Shown here: positions 9,926-18,627 of the stretch, one piece after another
Layout of the letters: each line of letters starts with the position of its first letter
Numbering within the stretch: the first letter of the stretch is position 1
Source of the DNA: Candidatus Poribacteria bacterium
GTDB lineage: Bacteria > Poribacteria > WGA-4E > WGA-3G
Direction of reading: 5' to 3'
Length of the DNA stretch: 64,000 bases
Assembly (NCBI GenBank): GCA_009841255.1
Contig: VXMD01000030.1
Location: forward strand, 27,148 to 91,147
Program-made: the position numbers and the translations under genes
Notes under the pieces: model-generated
The model's database searches: none
What the model was told of the DNA's origin: nothing
Seen by the model: the letters and a program-made list of their open reading frames with translations, nothing else

Positions 9926-10457
9926 AAATTGGATGCTCCAAGACGGATGCGACCTCTGTCCAGGCTTCTTGGCTATTCTCATGTGACAGGTCGGGTGTGA
10001 AGCCAAAGTCAAGATAAACTTTGATTGCTGCCATACGTCCGGTTGACGTGCCGAGAAAACAGCGTTCGTGGGATTGTTTAAGACGCTCCATTGCTACGGT
10101 CATCATCGGTTTGGAAAGCCCACGTCCTTGGTAGTCAGGATGAATCACGACCCAGTGGATCTGTCCCCACACTTCTCCATCTATATCCTGCCACCACGCC
10201 GTGATTGTACCGATTTCCTCGCCTGCGTCCGTGGTTAGATAAAAACTTCTATCCTCCAGCACTGAAAGATGGCGTTCAAACTCGCGATCAAAAAGCCCGT
10301 CATCAATTTCAGCGTACGGTTCCCCCGCTTGCAGAATCCGCGTCCAGATATGTCCCTCATTCCGGCGATAATTTCGGATTGCAAATCCCTCTGGAATCGG
10401 GAATTGCGGGATATTCTCCATGTTCTCACGAATCATTCTGACACTATAGTTTTTCAT
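9894..10457 (-). CDS. GNAT family N-acetyltransferase
   Basis: Carries motif A, WVVIHPDYQGRGLSKPMM. The start is moved to ATG 10457, which directly follows a leader-repeat copy. The tracked start 10538 lies inside the repeat. Confidence 0.75.
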   Translation of the reverse strand: MKNYSVRMIRENMENIPQFPIPEGFAIRNYRRNEGHIWTRILQAGEPYAEIDDGLFDREFERHLSVLEDRSFYLTTDAGEEIGTITAWWQDIDGEVWGQIHWVVIHPDYQGRGLSKPMMTVAMERLKQSHERCFLGTSTGRMAAIKVYLDFGFTPDLSHENSQEAWTEVASVLEHPILARLASQNLL

Positions 10458-10592
10458 CTTTTTAACTATACTTTGCGGGAGAACAACGCAGGTTTGAGCC
10501 AGAGACGTGCTTTCCTGAGTATCCGCTCTCCATTTCATTACGAGCTACAGATCCGATTTTTAATTATACCTTGCGGGAGAACAACGCAGCCA
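10458..10592 (-). repeat. Leader repeat, one full unit plus a second partial unit
   Basis: Plus strand reads ctttttaactatactttgcgggagaacaacgcagg ... atccgctctccatttcattacgagctac ... atttttaattataccttgcgggagaacaacgcagcc. Confidence 0.8.
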
Positions 10593-10795
10593 CTTAGGTT
10601 AATATAGCATACGCTGTGGAAAGACGACAATGAAAAAATTATCCAATTTCCCAAAAACTCCGCAAAAAAGTGAAAATTAGGTATTAACTTTTTTGATTTT
10701 ATGTCTATAATTAAAAGTAGAAGGTATACGCCGTGTGCTGTCACATCTAATGGCCTCTTCATCGTTGACGGCACAGGTAAATGGAGGGCATTGTC

Positions 10796-11572
10796 ATGAT
10801 TTGTGTGTCCGAACTTACGAAAATCTATGGTCGCACCGTCGCTGTTGACAACATCAGTTTTGAAATTCCGCCGGGTCAAATCGTCGGCTACCTGGGCCCA
10901 AACGGGGCAGGCAAATCGACTACTGTCAAAATGTTGGTTGGTATGCTACAACCGACGCGTGGGCAAATAGTCGTCGCGGGATGTGATAGTCAGACAAACA
11001 ACATTGAACTCAAAAGACGCATCGGGTATGTCCCTGAAGACGCAATACTCTACGAGACGCTCACACCTGTTGAATATTTACAACTGGTCGGTCAACTGTA
11101 TCATATGACTGAAAAATCGATTGCTGAGAAAATAGACGATTTTCTTGAGGTGTTTCAACTCACAAGGGCGGCACATCAACGGATTAGCAGTTTGTCAAAA
11201 GGGATGCGGCAGAAGGTGCTGATTATATCCGCGCTTCTCCATAATCCCGATGTCCTTTTCCTTGATGAACCCTTTAGCAACCTTGATGTCTCAACCGTGA
11301 CACTGATGAAGAAAATTTTGCAAGATCTTGCTGGCATCGGAAAAACGATTCTCTATTGCACCCATATCCTGGACGTTGCCAAGAATATCTGCCACCGTGT
11401 TCTAATTCTAAATCGCGGAAAAATTGTGGCTGATGGGAGTATTGATGAACTCCGAGAGATGGCACATCGGACCTCTCTTGAGGAGATCTTCGCGCTCATG
11501 ACGGAAGCAGACGAAGTTGATATCAAATCCGCCAGCGTCATTCATACCATGACGGAACACAGAGATGTTTAA
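10796..11572 (+). CDS. ABC transporter ATP-binding protein
   Basis: Walker A GPNGAGKST, signature LSKGMRQKV, Walker B LFLDEP. ATG 10796 has GGAGGG 8 nt upstream; the tracked start is 10781. Confidence 0.85.
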   Translation: MICVSELTKIYGRTVAVDNISFEIPPGQIVGYLGPNGAGKSTTVKMLVGMLQPTRGQIVVAGCDSQTNNIELKRRIGYVPEDAILYETLTPVEYLQLVGQLYHMTEKSIAEKIDDFLEVFQLTRAAHQRISSLSKGMRQKVLIISALLHNPDVLFLDEPFSNLDVSTVTLMKKILQDLAGIGKTILYCTHILDVAKNICHRVLILNRGKIVADGSIDELREMAHRTSLEEIFALMTEADEVDIKSASVIHTMTEHRDV

Positions 11573-13175
11573 CAGATTCCTTAAAATCCTCGGTGCTGAT
11601 CCGCATCAATATAGACTGTTGCTGAAGACTGATAGGCATGTGAAAGCGCGCAGGGAATCCTCAAAATCTTTTCTCAGTGATTCTCCCGCCCTATTGGTAG
11701 GCTTGTATGCGATTTCAAGTACATTTGTATCCTTCTCCGCTTTTGCCCTTGATAGTTTCAGTTTCACGCTCCTCACGCTGTTCGTCTCAATGACAATGCT
11801 GACGTTCACTGTCATCTCCCGACTTGAGGTGATTATCAATCCCACAGATTACCGGACGTTGGCGCATCTCCCCGTTTCATCGCGAACCTACTTTCTTGTG
11901 AAATTCACGCATGTCCTGCTTTACATAACTGTTTTCGCAGGGGTATTGAACTTTCCCCCAGCAATCTTAGGGATATGGTCAAAAAACGCACCGATGTTCT
12001 TTCCAGTGATTTATTTTCCCGTATCCTTCATGGCAGCGTTCTTCGTTGTCGGATTCATTTCAGCGTTCTATGGATATTTGATAAAACTGTATCGGTGGGA
12101 GAGATTCCGAAACCTCGTTGCATACTCGCAGTTGGTTCTCGCGATTTTGGTGCCGCTGTGTTTCTATCTGCTACCGCGTCTCATCTCAATTTTTCGCGTT
12201 GCGCTCGTTGATTGGAATCAGATTGGAGAATTGAAATGGGTTTATATCCTGCCGTGCAGTTGGTTTGCTGGGCTTGTCCATTTCATACTCGGAGAAACGC
12301 AGTCCCTCTTTTCATATTTGGCGATCCTATCTGTCCTCTCGACGGTTTTATTTGTCGTCCTCCCATTGGGACGGATCTCGCTGAAATACGCCGAACACAT
12401 TTCGCTCTTGTTGGAGTCGCCGAATGCTATACGGAAAACAAACAGGGTAAGTAACCGTTTAACATCGTTCCTGAAAAATACCGAGACGCGAGCGGGTTTT
12501 CAACTCGTCTCTATCTATCTGAAAAGGGACCGTAATGTAAAAGTTAGAGCCTGCGCGATGATCGGAATTCCGCTGGCTTCCATTATTCCTATGATTCAGA
12601 TGATTCCTGAACTCATGGGTCTTCCCTTTAGCATCGCGGTGGCAGTCGGCGTTCCTATCTATTCGTTCTATATCTGTGCGTTCCTTTTGAGTTATCTTCT
12701 CAGTATTCTCAAGTACTCAGAAGACTGGAAAGCTGCATGGATTTTCACAATTGCCCCGATGGAATCCCATGCTCATTTCTTTAAGGGTGTGAAGTTAGCA
12801 ATTATCGCTTACTTCATCGCCCCTTACTTCATTATTTTCACCGGAATCTCTGTCCTTCTTTGGAGCCCTCTTTTGGCGGTGGTTTATATGTTACCGAGTC
12901 TCATCGGTTGTCTGTGTTATCTCTCATTCTACTGGGGATCAGTGACGACACTCCCTTTCTCACGAGAACCTCGAGAAAAAAAAGGGATGGACGACATTCT
13001 GACCTTTGCACTCGGTTTGATTATTTTTGGTGGGATTTTCGCCATTCACTATGTTGCGTATCAGTTTCACATCTATTTGTACATCGCTGTATACACCCTC
13101 ACAATCGGAGTAGGCGTCATCCTTTTGAAAATAGGAGAACACCCCGCCAGAGGGCACCCTGTTAATGCATTATAA
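11565..13175 (+). CDS. Polytopic membrane protein, putative permease partner of the ABC ATPase
   Basis: The start overlaps the ATPase stop (ATGTTTAA). The 536-aa protein has more than 10 hydrophobic segments and no recognisable named motif. Confidence 0.55.
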   Translation: MFNRFLKILGADPHQYRLLLKTDRHVKARRESSKSFLSDSPALLVGLYAISSTFVSFSAFALDSFSFTLLTLFVSMTMLTFTVISRLEVIINPTDYRTLAHLPVSSRTYFLVKFTHVLLYITVFAGVLNFPPAILGIWSKNAPMFFPVIYFPVSFMAAFFVVGFISAFYGYLIKLYRWERFRNLVAYSQLVLAILVPLCFYLLPRLISIFRVALVDWNQIGELKWVYILPCSWFAGLVHFILGETQSLFSYLAILSVLSTVLFVVLPLGRISLKYAEHISLLLESPNAIRKTNRVSNRLTSFLKNTETRAGFQLVSIYLKRDRNVKVRACAMIGIPLASIIPMIQMIPELMGLPFSIAVAVGVPIYSFYICAFLLSYLLSILKYSEDWKAAWIFTIAPMESHAHFFKGVKLAIIAYFIAPYFIIFTGISVLLWSPLLAVVYMLPSLIGCLCYLSFYWGSVTTLPFSREPREKKGMDDILTFALGLIIFGGIFAIHYVAYQFHIYLYIAVYTLTIGVGVILLKIGEHPARGHPVNAL

Positions 13176-13219
13176 GAGCGTTTCAGAAACCGCTCCACCA
13201 AACAGCAAGGGAGGTTTTC

Positions 13220-13909
13220 ATGTATCAGACATTGAAGATTCTCGCAAATATCATTGGTAAACCGAAGGCAGCGTTTCGGGTGCTAAAGGATCAACCCGAC
13301 TGGTTCAAAACGTTTATCATCATTGCTCTGGTGTCTATTGGCATTGCGTGGGCGGTTTTGCCGTTTTCACAACAGGTTGGACACGCCAAAATGCTTGAAT
13401 CCGGTCTTGATGCACCGCAAATCGAACAAAATCAAACAACGGTAGAGAAATTGAGCTTTCTAACCCGTCTCTTCACGCCGTTTTCATTGCTCCTCAAATG
13501 TTTGGTTTCTGCTGGTATCCTCTATTTCGGCTCCCAATTTCTCGGGAGCCAGCAGGCGTTGAAATTTAAGTCTATGTTCGCTGTTACGGTGCACACGGAA
13601 TTAATTCTGGTCCTTTCACATCTCATCAATGCAGCGTTGTTGTTATCTTTTAAGGATATTAATGATGTCCAAAAGCCCATAGACCTCCAAATGATTCCGG
13701 GACTTCATTTTCTGTTTGGGGACCACCCACTCGGAGTTCTGAAACTGACGCTTCTGAGTCAGGTTACTCCATTTGCTATCTGGTATCTTATCGTTCTTTC
13801 ACTGGGAGTCGCAATTGTTGCTGATCTGAAAAGAAAAAGAGTGGAGTGGTTAGTCGTGTTGGTCTGGTTGGTAGATATCGGTTTTCGGGTGGCAGTCTCT
13901 GCACTTTAA
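13220..13909 (+). CDS. Yip1-like integral membrane protein (tentative)
   Basis: AAGGGAGG lies before the ATG. The N-terminal cytoplasmic segment is followed by about 5 TM helices, as in Yip1/DUF1282-type proteins. Confidence 0.45.
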   Translation: MYQTLKILANIIGKPKAAFRVLKDQPDWFKTFIIIALVSIGIAWAVLPFSQQVGHAKMLESGLDAPQIEQNQTTVEKLSFLTRLFTPFSLLLKCLVSAGILYFGSQFLGSQQALKFKSMFAVTVHTELILVLSHLINAALLLSFKDINDVQKPIDLQMIPGLHFLFGDHPLGVLKLTLLSQVTPFAIWYLIVLSLGVAIVADLKRKRVEWLVVLVWLVDIGFRVAVSAL

Positions 13910-13935
13910 ACAGGCAGGGCGATTTAGTTTTCATA

Positions 13936-13982
13936 TTGTCTGAATCACGGATTCTCGCGGATTAAGCGGATTGACGCGGATT
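13936..13982. repeat. ttgtctgaatca box followed by four helically phased CGGATT motifs
   Basis: CGGATT occurs at 13948, 13958, 13967 and 13977 (spacing 10/9/10). A related element with the same ttgtctgaatca head and four GGAT(T/A) at 9/8/9 spacing lies at 32868..32913. Confidence 0.7.
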
Positions 13983-14066
13983 TTTAGATATTCGCCATCT
14001 GAAAACCATTGGTGATATAGGGGCTTTTCCAGAGAACTAATGCCCCTGTTAAACAGAAGGATTCAA

Positions 14067-14095
14067 TTGCCCTTTCGGGGACTGTGTGATATAAT
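14067..14095 (+). promoter_or_regulatory. Sigma70-type promoter of the DUF488-DUF488-RecQ operon (near-leaderless)
   Basis: TTGCCC-17 nt-TATAAT with TGn extension (tgtgatataat). The -10 ends 9 nt before ATG 14105, and there is no SD. Confidence 0.6.
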
Positions 14096-14104
14096 ATATC
14101 TATT

Positions 14105-14659
14105 ATGGCAAGATCGCCCGCCCTTACTCCAATCTATACTATAGGCTATGGAAGCCGTTCGATTGCGGAACTCATCAAAGTCCTACATCAGCATGAGATC
14201 GCTTACCTCATTGATGTTCGCTCCGCCCCGTATTCACGCTACAAGCCAGAATTCTCCAAAGCCGCGTTAGCGAAGGAACTCGAACAACACGGCATCCGTT
14301 ACGTATTTATGGGAGACACGCTCGGTGGTAGACCGGACGACGAAACGTGTTACGTCAACGGCAGACTTGATTACGAAAAGGTTAAGGAGAGGGAATACTA
14401 CCAACGCGGCATTGAACGCCTGCACACCGCCTTCTTGCAACAACACTCTGTTGTCTTGATGTGCAGTGAGGGGAAGCCGGAGGAGTGTCACCGATGCAAA
14501 CTCATCGGCACAAGTCTTACAACACAGGACATACCGGTCATTCACATCGATGAAAACGATGAGCAAGTGACACAGCAGAAGGTCATTGAACGTCTGACAG
14601 GCGGGCAATTGTCGATGTTTGGCGAAGAGACGTTTCATTCCCGGAAAAAATACACTTAA
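14105..14659 (+). CDS. DUF488 family protein (copy 1)
   Basis: IYTIGYGSRSIAELI, LIDVRSAPYSRYKPEF, GIRYVFMGDTLGGRP and the C-x-E-x2-P-x2-C-H-R motif (CSEGKPEECHR) are characteristic of DUF488. Confidence 0.8.
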   Translation: MARSPALTPIYTIGYGSRSIAELIKVLHQHEIAYLIDVRSAPYSRYKPEFSKAALAKELEQHGIRYVFMGDTLGGRPDDETCYVNGRLDYEKVKEREYYQRGIERLHTAFLQQHSVVLMCSEGKPEECHRCKLIGTSLTTQDIPVIHIDENDEQVTQQKVIERLTGGQLSMFGEETFHSRKKYT

Positions 14660-14670
14660 TTCTACCCACT

Positions 14671-15159
14671 ATGAAAATCAAAATTGTTACCATTGGCGTA
14701 TACGGCTTTGACGAATCCGGTTTTTTTGAGGCACTCTGCCAAGCAGAGGTGGATACGTTTTGCGATATTCGCAGTCGGCGTGGTCTCCGCGGTGCGACTT
14801 ATGCATTCGCCAACAGTATGAGATTGCAAGCGCGTCTGTCAGAACTCGGCATCCGATATATTTACCGAAAGGACCTCGGTCCGACGAAAACCGTCCGAGA
14901 GAAACAGGCAGCAGCAGATAAAGCAAGCAAAACCACTAAACGCAAACGCACCACATTAGGAGAAGCATTTATTGAAGCCTATCATACTGAGTGCCTTGCC
15001 GAGTTTGAACCCCAAAGTCTGCTGGATGAACTGGAATCGGATGCCAAAATCGTCGCCCTCTTTTGTGTCGAAACCGCACCGGAGGCATGTCACCGCTCAT
15101 TGGTAGCGGCGAAACTGGCGAAAACACTCGATGTGGAGGTCGAAGACATTTTACCGTGA
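14671..15159 (+). CDS. DUF488 family protein (copy 2, divergent paralog)
   Basis: VTIGVYGFDESGFF, FCDIRSRRG, GIRYIYRKDLGP and CVETAPEACHR match DUF488. It starts 11 nt after copy 1, and its stop overlaps the RecQ GTG (GTGA). Confidence 0.75.
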   Translation: MKIKIVTIGVYGFDESGFFEALCQAEVDTFCDIRSRRGLRGATYAFANSMRLQARLSELGIRYIYRKDLGPTKTVREKQAAADKASKTTKRKRTTLGEAFIEAYHTECLAEFEPQSLLDELESDAKIVALFCVETAPEACHRSLVAAKLAKTLDVEVEDILP

Positions 15160-18101
15160 GAGTCCTCATTGTTGCGAAAACCCGAATGGGAAGCGGTGCG
15201 TGCATTGGCGCGATTACAGAAAAAGGGGAAAGCGTCCGACTTATTCCCTTTAATGCTGACCCGCGTGAGGGAGCAAACAAAGAATATGAAGTTGGCGAGA
15301 TTTGGAAGATTATTGGCGAGCCTGAAATTTCCTTGATTCCACCACATAATGAAAACTTTGTTGTTGATAAAAAATCGCGCATTCACAAGACGAAAGACAC
15401 AAGAGATTTGATAAGTGCAATTGAGCTCTTGATGCCGCCGAAATCTGGGGATCCACGCCAGTTGTATGAAGGTTTGTTACAAACTACAAGCATCGGATCG
15501 CTCTACGTTCCGCCTGGGCATGATGTTCCACCTTACAGTACCATGTTTTGGAGAACGAACAAGGAACTCACTCTCGAGACAGAGAAAAAGAAGAATCTAT
15601 GCTACCGTTATCCTACGGAAAATGGAGGTTGCACGCTCACCTTCGTCGGTTTTCAAAAACCACTTGAAACCATTCCAGCAGGTACACTTCTACGTGTTTC
15701 ACTTGCACATTGGTGGCGACCAAAAAATAGACCACACACTGAACTACGTTGTTATGTGCAACTCTCAGGCTGGTTTCTTGAAGAAGAAAGACAAGAAAAA
15801 GTAATATCCTTACCGGAACGAAGACAACCACCACAAACGGAGACACCATCTTTAGAGGTTCTCAAGAACGTTTTTGGACATGAACAATTTCTTCCATTCC
15901 AAGAAGAGATCATTGAACACATTCGTAAAGGAAAGGATGCCTTGGTTGTTCTCCCGACAGGTGGTGGAAAGTCGCTCTGTTACCAATTGCCCGCGTGTGT
16001 GTTTAATGACTTGACGATTGTTGTTTCACCACTCATTGCCCTCATGCAAGACCAAGTGATACAGTTAGAACAGAAGGGAATCCGTGCCGCTTTTCTCAAT
16101 CACATCCTTGAGGATGAAGAACCTGAAGAATATCTCGCTACAATGCAAAAGGTCAGGAATGGCGAAATTAAGCTGCTTTATATTGCCCCCGAAAGGCTTG
16201 TACAACGACCTGAAATCCATATAATGCTTTATGACTCAGATGTCGCATGTCTTGCGATTGATGAAGCACACTGTATCGCTCAGTGGGGACACGATTTTCG
16301 TCCGGATTATCGTGAGTTGGACTGGGTTCGTGAGCAATTCCCAAATGCTGTATGTATTGCCACAACTGCCACGGCGACCCCACGAGTCCAAAAGGATATT
16401 AAACAATCGCTCAATTTTCCTGAAAGCAATGAGTTCATTGACAGTTTTGACAGAGAAAACCTATTCATTTTCGTTGAACCGCGGTTTGAGTTGCTCGGGC
16501 AGACATTAGCATTTCTAAAAAAACACGCTAACGAGTCAGGTATCATCTACTGTCAAAGACGAAAACATGTGGATTGGCTGTGTGAAAATTTAAAAGAGCA
16601 TGGAATCTCTGCTTTGCCCTATCACGCAGGTCTGGATAACGAAACCCGTACACAAAATCAAGACGCTTTCATCAATGGTGATGCCCGCGTAATAGTTGCT
16701 ACAATTGCTTTTGGGATGGGTATCGATAAGTCAGATGTTCGGTTTGTTTTGCATGCATGGCTGCCGAAGGATATGGAATCTTATTATCAGGAAATTGGTC
16801 GTTCTGGACGTGATGGGGAACGTGCAGAATGCCTATTGTTGTTTAGTCCGGATGATGCAGATACCATCAACGAATTCATTGATGATGGTCATCCATCACA
16901 ACGCGAAGGACGGATTGAAGCGTTGCAAAAACTCATTGCTTGGGCAACTTCAGACGAGTGTCGCCGGAAAGCATTATTGGATTATTTTGGAGAGCCTTAC
17001 GAAAACGAAAACTGTGGGATGTGTGATAACTGTCGTAAAGCGAAAATAGAACAGGTGGATTTGACAACGCCTGCTCAAAAGTTCCTATCTTGTCTTCATT
17101 GGATTCTCGATTGGATTAATAAAAACAACACAAAGCCAGAAGAGATTTTCGACAAGACATATTTCGTTGGCACTTTGCAAGGCGAGAATATGAGCATCCC
17201 TATTTGCTTACCAGCCGGTACCTTGTATATCATTGACATTTTACGCGGTAAGAAGCAAGAGAAAATTATTAAGAATAAGCATGACAAACTCAGCCCCTGG
17301 GGAAAAGGCAAGGGGTATAGCAAAGCACAATGGTGTCATTTTGCCCTGCAATTCTTTCAAAACAATCTTTATGAACGCGCTGGGGAAGATGGAAGCCTTT
17401 ATTTGACGGATAAGGGTCGGAAAGTCAACACAACAAAAATTACACCAGCCGATCGGTTCTGGGGATTTCCAGTGGATTCGGTGGATATGGATTCGGAAAA
17501 TAGTATAACTCTGGAATTGAACACTTATGAATCCAAATCCGAGGAACAATATCAGTACGATCCGGGGCTGTTTGAGAAACTTTGCCACAAGCGTAGAAAT
17601 ATAGCAGAAGAAGAACTGATACAGGCATCGCGAGTTTTGCCGCGTGATTCATTGAAAGAGATGGCAACCGAATTGCCACAGTCATTGGAAGAATTTGGGC
17701 AGATTCGTGGCATAGGGAAAGTCCGGATGAGATACGCCGATGATTTTTTGCCGATCATCCGTGAATATTGTAACCAACATGAGATAGATTCAGTTGAAAG
17801 TGCAAATGAAACTCCACATACTCATGAGCAGGACCCTGAAGAACAAAAAAATGAATATGACCAAGAACTTTTTGAGCGACTTCGAGACAAGCGCGAAGAA
17901 TTGGCAGAAGCAGAACAGATAACGGCATCAAGGGTTATGACCATTAAATCACTAAAAAAGATGGCAGTCGAATTACCGCAGACATCGGAGGAATTTCAGC
18001 AGATTCCTGGCGTAGGGGAAGTGAGGAGGCAATACACCGATGATTTTCTGCCGATTATCCGTGTGTATTGCGAGGAACATGGAATATCAGAGAGGATTTG
18101 A
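15156..18101 (+). CDS. recQ: RecQ-family DNA helicase with an unassigned ~205-aa N-terminal domain and two C-terminal HRDC domains
   Basis: The GTG at 15156 overlaps the upstream TGA. The helicase core has PTGGGKSLCYQLPA, DEAHCIAQWGHDFRPDY and the RecQ Zn module CRRKALLDYFGE..CGMCDNC. Two HRDC-like copies (YDPGLFEKL.. and YDQELFERL..) are about 60% identical. The tracked start 15063 overlaps the preceding gene. Confidence 0.85.
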   Translation: MRVLIVAKTRMGSGACIGAITEKGESVRLIPFNADPREGANKEYEVGEIWKIIGEPEISLIPPHNENFVVDKKSRIHKTKDTRDLISAIELLMPPKSGDPRQLYEGLLQTTSIGSLYVPPGHDVPPYSTMFWRTNKELTLETEKKKNLCYRYPTENGGCTLTFVGFQKPLETIPAGTLLRVSLAHWWRPKNRPHTELRCYVQLSGWFLEEERQEKVISLPERRQPPQTETPSLEVLKNVFGHEQFLPFQEEIIEHIRKGKDALVVLPTGGGKSLCYQLPACVFNDLTIVVSPLIALMQDQVIQLEQKGIRAAFLNHILEDEEPEEYLATMQKVRNGEIKLLYIAPERLVQRPEIHIMLYDSDVACLAIDEAHCIAQWGHDFRPDYRELDWVREQFPNAVCIATTATATPRVQKDIKQSLNFPESNEFIDSFDRENLFIFVEPRFELLGQTLAFLKKHANESGIIYCQRRKHVDWLCENLKEHGISALPYHAGLDNETRTQNQDAFINGDARVIVATIAFGMGIDKSDVRFVLHAWLPKDMESYYQEIGRSGRDGERAECLLLFSPDDADTINEFIDDGHPSQREGRIEALQKLIAWATSDECRRKALLDYFGEPYENENCGMCDNCRKAKIEQVDLTTPAQKFLSCLHWILDWINKNNTKPEEIFDKTYFVGTLQGENMSIPICLPAGTLYIIDILRGKKQEKIIKNKHDKLSPWGKGKGYSKAQWCHFALQFFQNNLYERAGEDGSLYLTDKGRKVNTTKITPADRFWGFPVDSVDMDSENSITLELNTYESKSEEQYQYDPGLFEKLCHKRRNIAEEELIQASRVLPRDSLKEMATELPQSLEEFGQIRGIGKVRMRYADDFLPIIREYCNQHEIDSVESANETPHTHEQDPEEQKNEYDQELFERLRDKREELAEAEQITASRVMTIKSLKKMAVELPQTSEEFQQIPGVGEVRRQYTDDFLPIIRVYCEEHGISERI

Positions 18102-18113
18102 GATGTTGGTAAG

Positions 18114-18305
18114 TTATGGTCTTGGGATTTTTAAATCTTTGCAAATTTTCGCGACAAGCGACTCGGAAATCTCGTTATGTCTCGGCACGGAAGTTGAAGC
18201 TTTGATACTCTGTACGGAATTTCCCCACCGCGAGTGTCGGCCACCTTCCCGAATAAAATAGCAACCATGTTCTCTGAGATGTTTAATGAGTGCTCTTCGT
18301 CTCAT
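18114..18305 (-). CDS. hicA: HicA-like mRNA interferase toxin
   Basis: A 63-aa protein with LIKHLREHGCYFIREGGRHSRW, typical of YcfA/HicA. It is convergent with RecQ across a 12-nt gap. Confidence 0.8.
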   Translation of the reverse strand: MRRRALIKHLREHGCYFIREGGRHSRWGNSVQSIKASTSVPRHNEISESLVAKICKDLKIPRP

Positions 18306-18344
18306 AAACGTTAAGCAAAACAGTCCTAATTCTCCGCGGACGAG

Positions 18345-18557
18345 CTAAATTTGAATGATTACTTCCTCATGTTGGCTTTCTGCGGATCGGAGAGCTTCTT
18401 CCCGATTGTAAGCTATCGTTTCGCGCAGTGTAATTTCTAAAGCAACCAGCAGTTCATTTCTGGTCCGTTCTTGACAATTGACACCGGAGATTTCTTGCAC
18501 CCACCCGATCCACCAACCGTCGCTGTATTGGATGACAGCTGTGTAATTCTGTTGCAT
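18345..18557 (-). CDS. hicB: HicB-like antitoxin (UPF0150 fold)
   Basis: YTAVIQYSDGWWIGWVQEISGVNCQERTRNELLVALEITLRE. ATG 18557 has GGAGG 7 nt upstream. The tracked 138-aa ORF start at 18761 overlaps hsdS. Confidence 0.7.
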   Translation of the reverse strand: MQQNYTAVIQYSDGWWIGWVQEISGVNCQERTRNELLVALEITLRETIAYNREEALRSAESQHEEVIIQI

Positions 18558-18587
18558 CTTTTTCCTCCATTGAGATAATTGCCAACA

Positions 18588-18616
18588 ATTATATCGGCAA
18601 TTTCCAGTTAAATCAA
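18588..18616 (-). promoter_or_regulatory. hicBA promoter with overlapping inverted repeat (likely autoregulatory operator)
   Basis: Minus strand reads TTGATT-17 nt-TATAAT. The inverted repeat attgcc-N12-ggcaat spans the -10. Confidence 0.55.
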
Positions 18617-18627
18617 GGAAAATGATC

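Noticed and set aside
10458-10538. Longer N-termini translating the leader repeat (e.g. ..PQSIVKKM.., ..PQGIIKKM.. at 60422..60451)
   Set aside because: The same nucleotide repeat precedes unrelated genes, so the similar peptides reflect a non-coding repeat. Starts were moved to the ATG that follows the repeat.
15063-15155. Upstream extension of the RecQ ORF (tracked start 15063)
   Set aside because: The extension overlaps the 3' end of the second DUF488 gene in another frame. The GTGA stop/start overlap at 15156 gives a sensible N-terminus.
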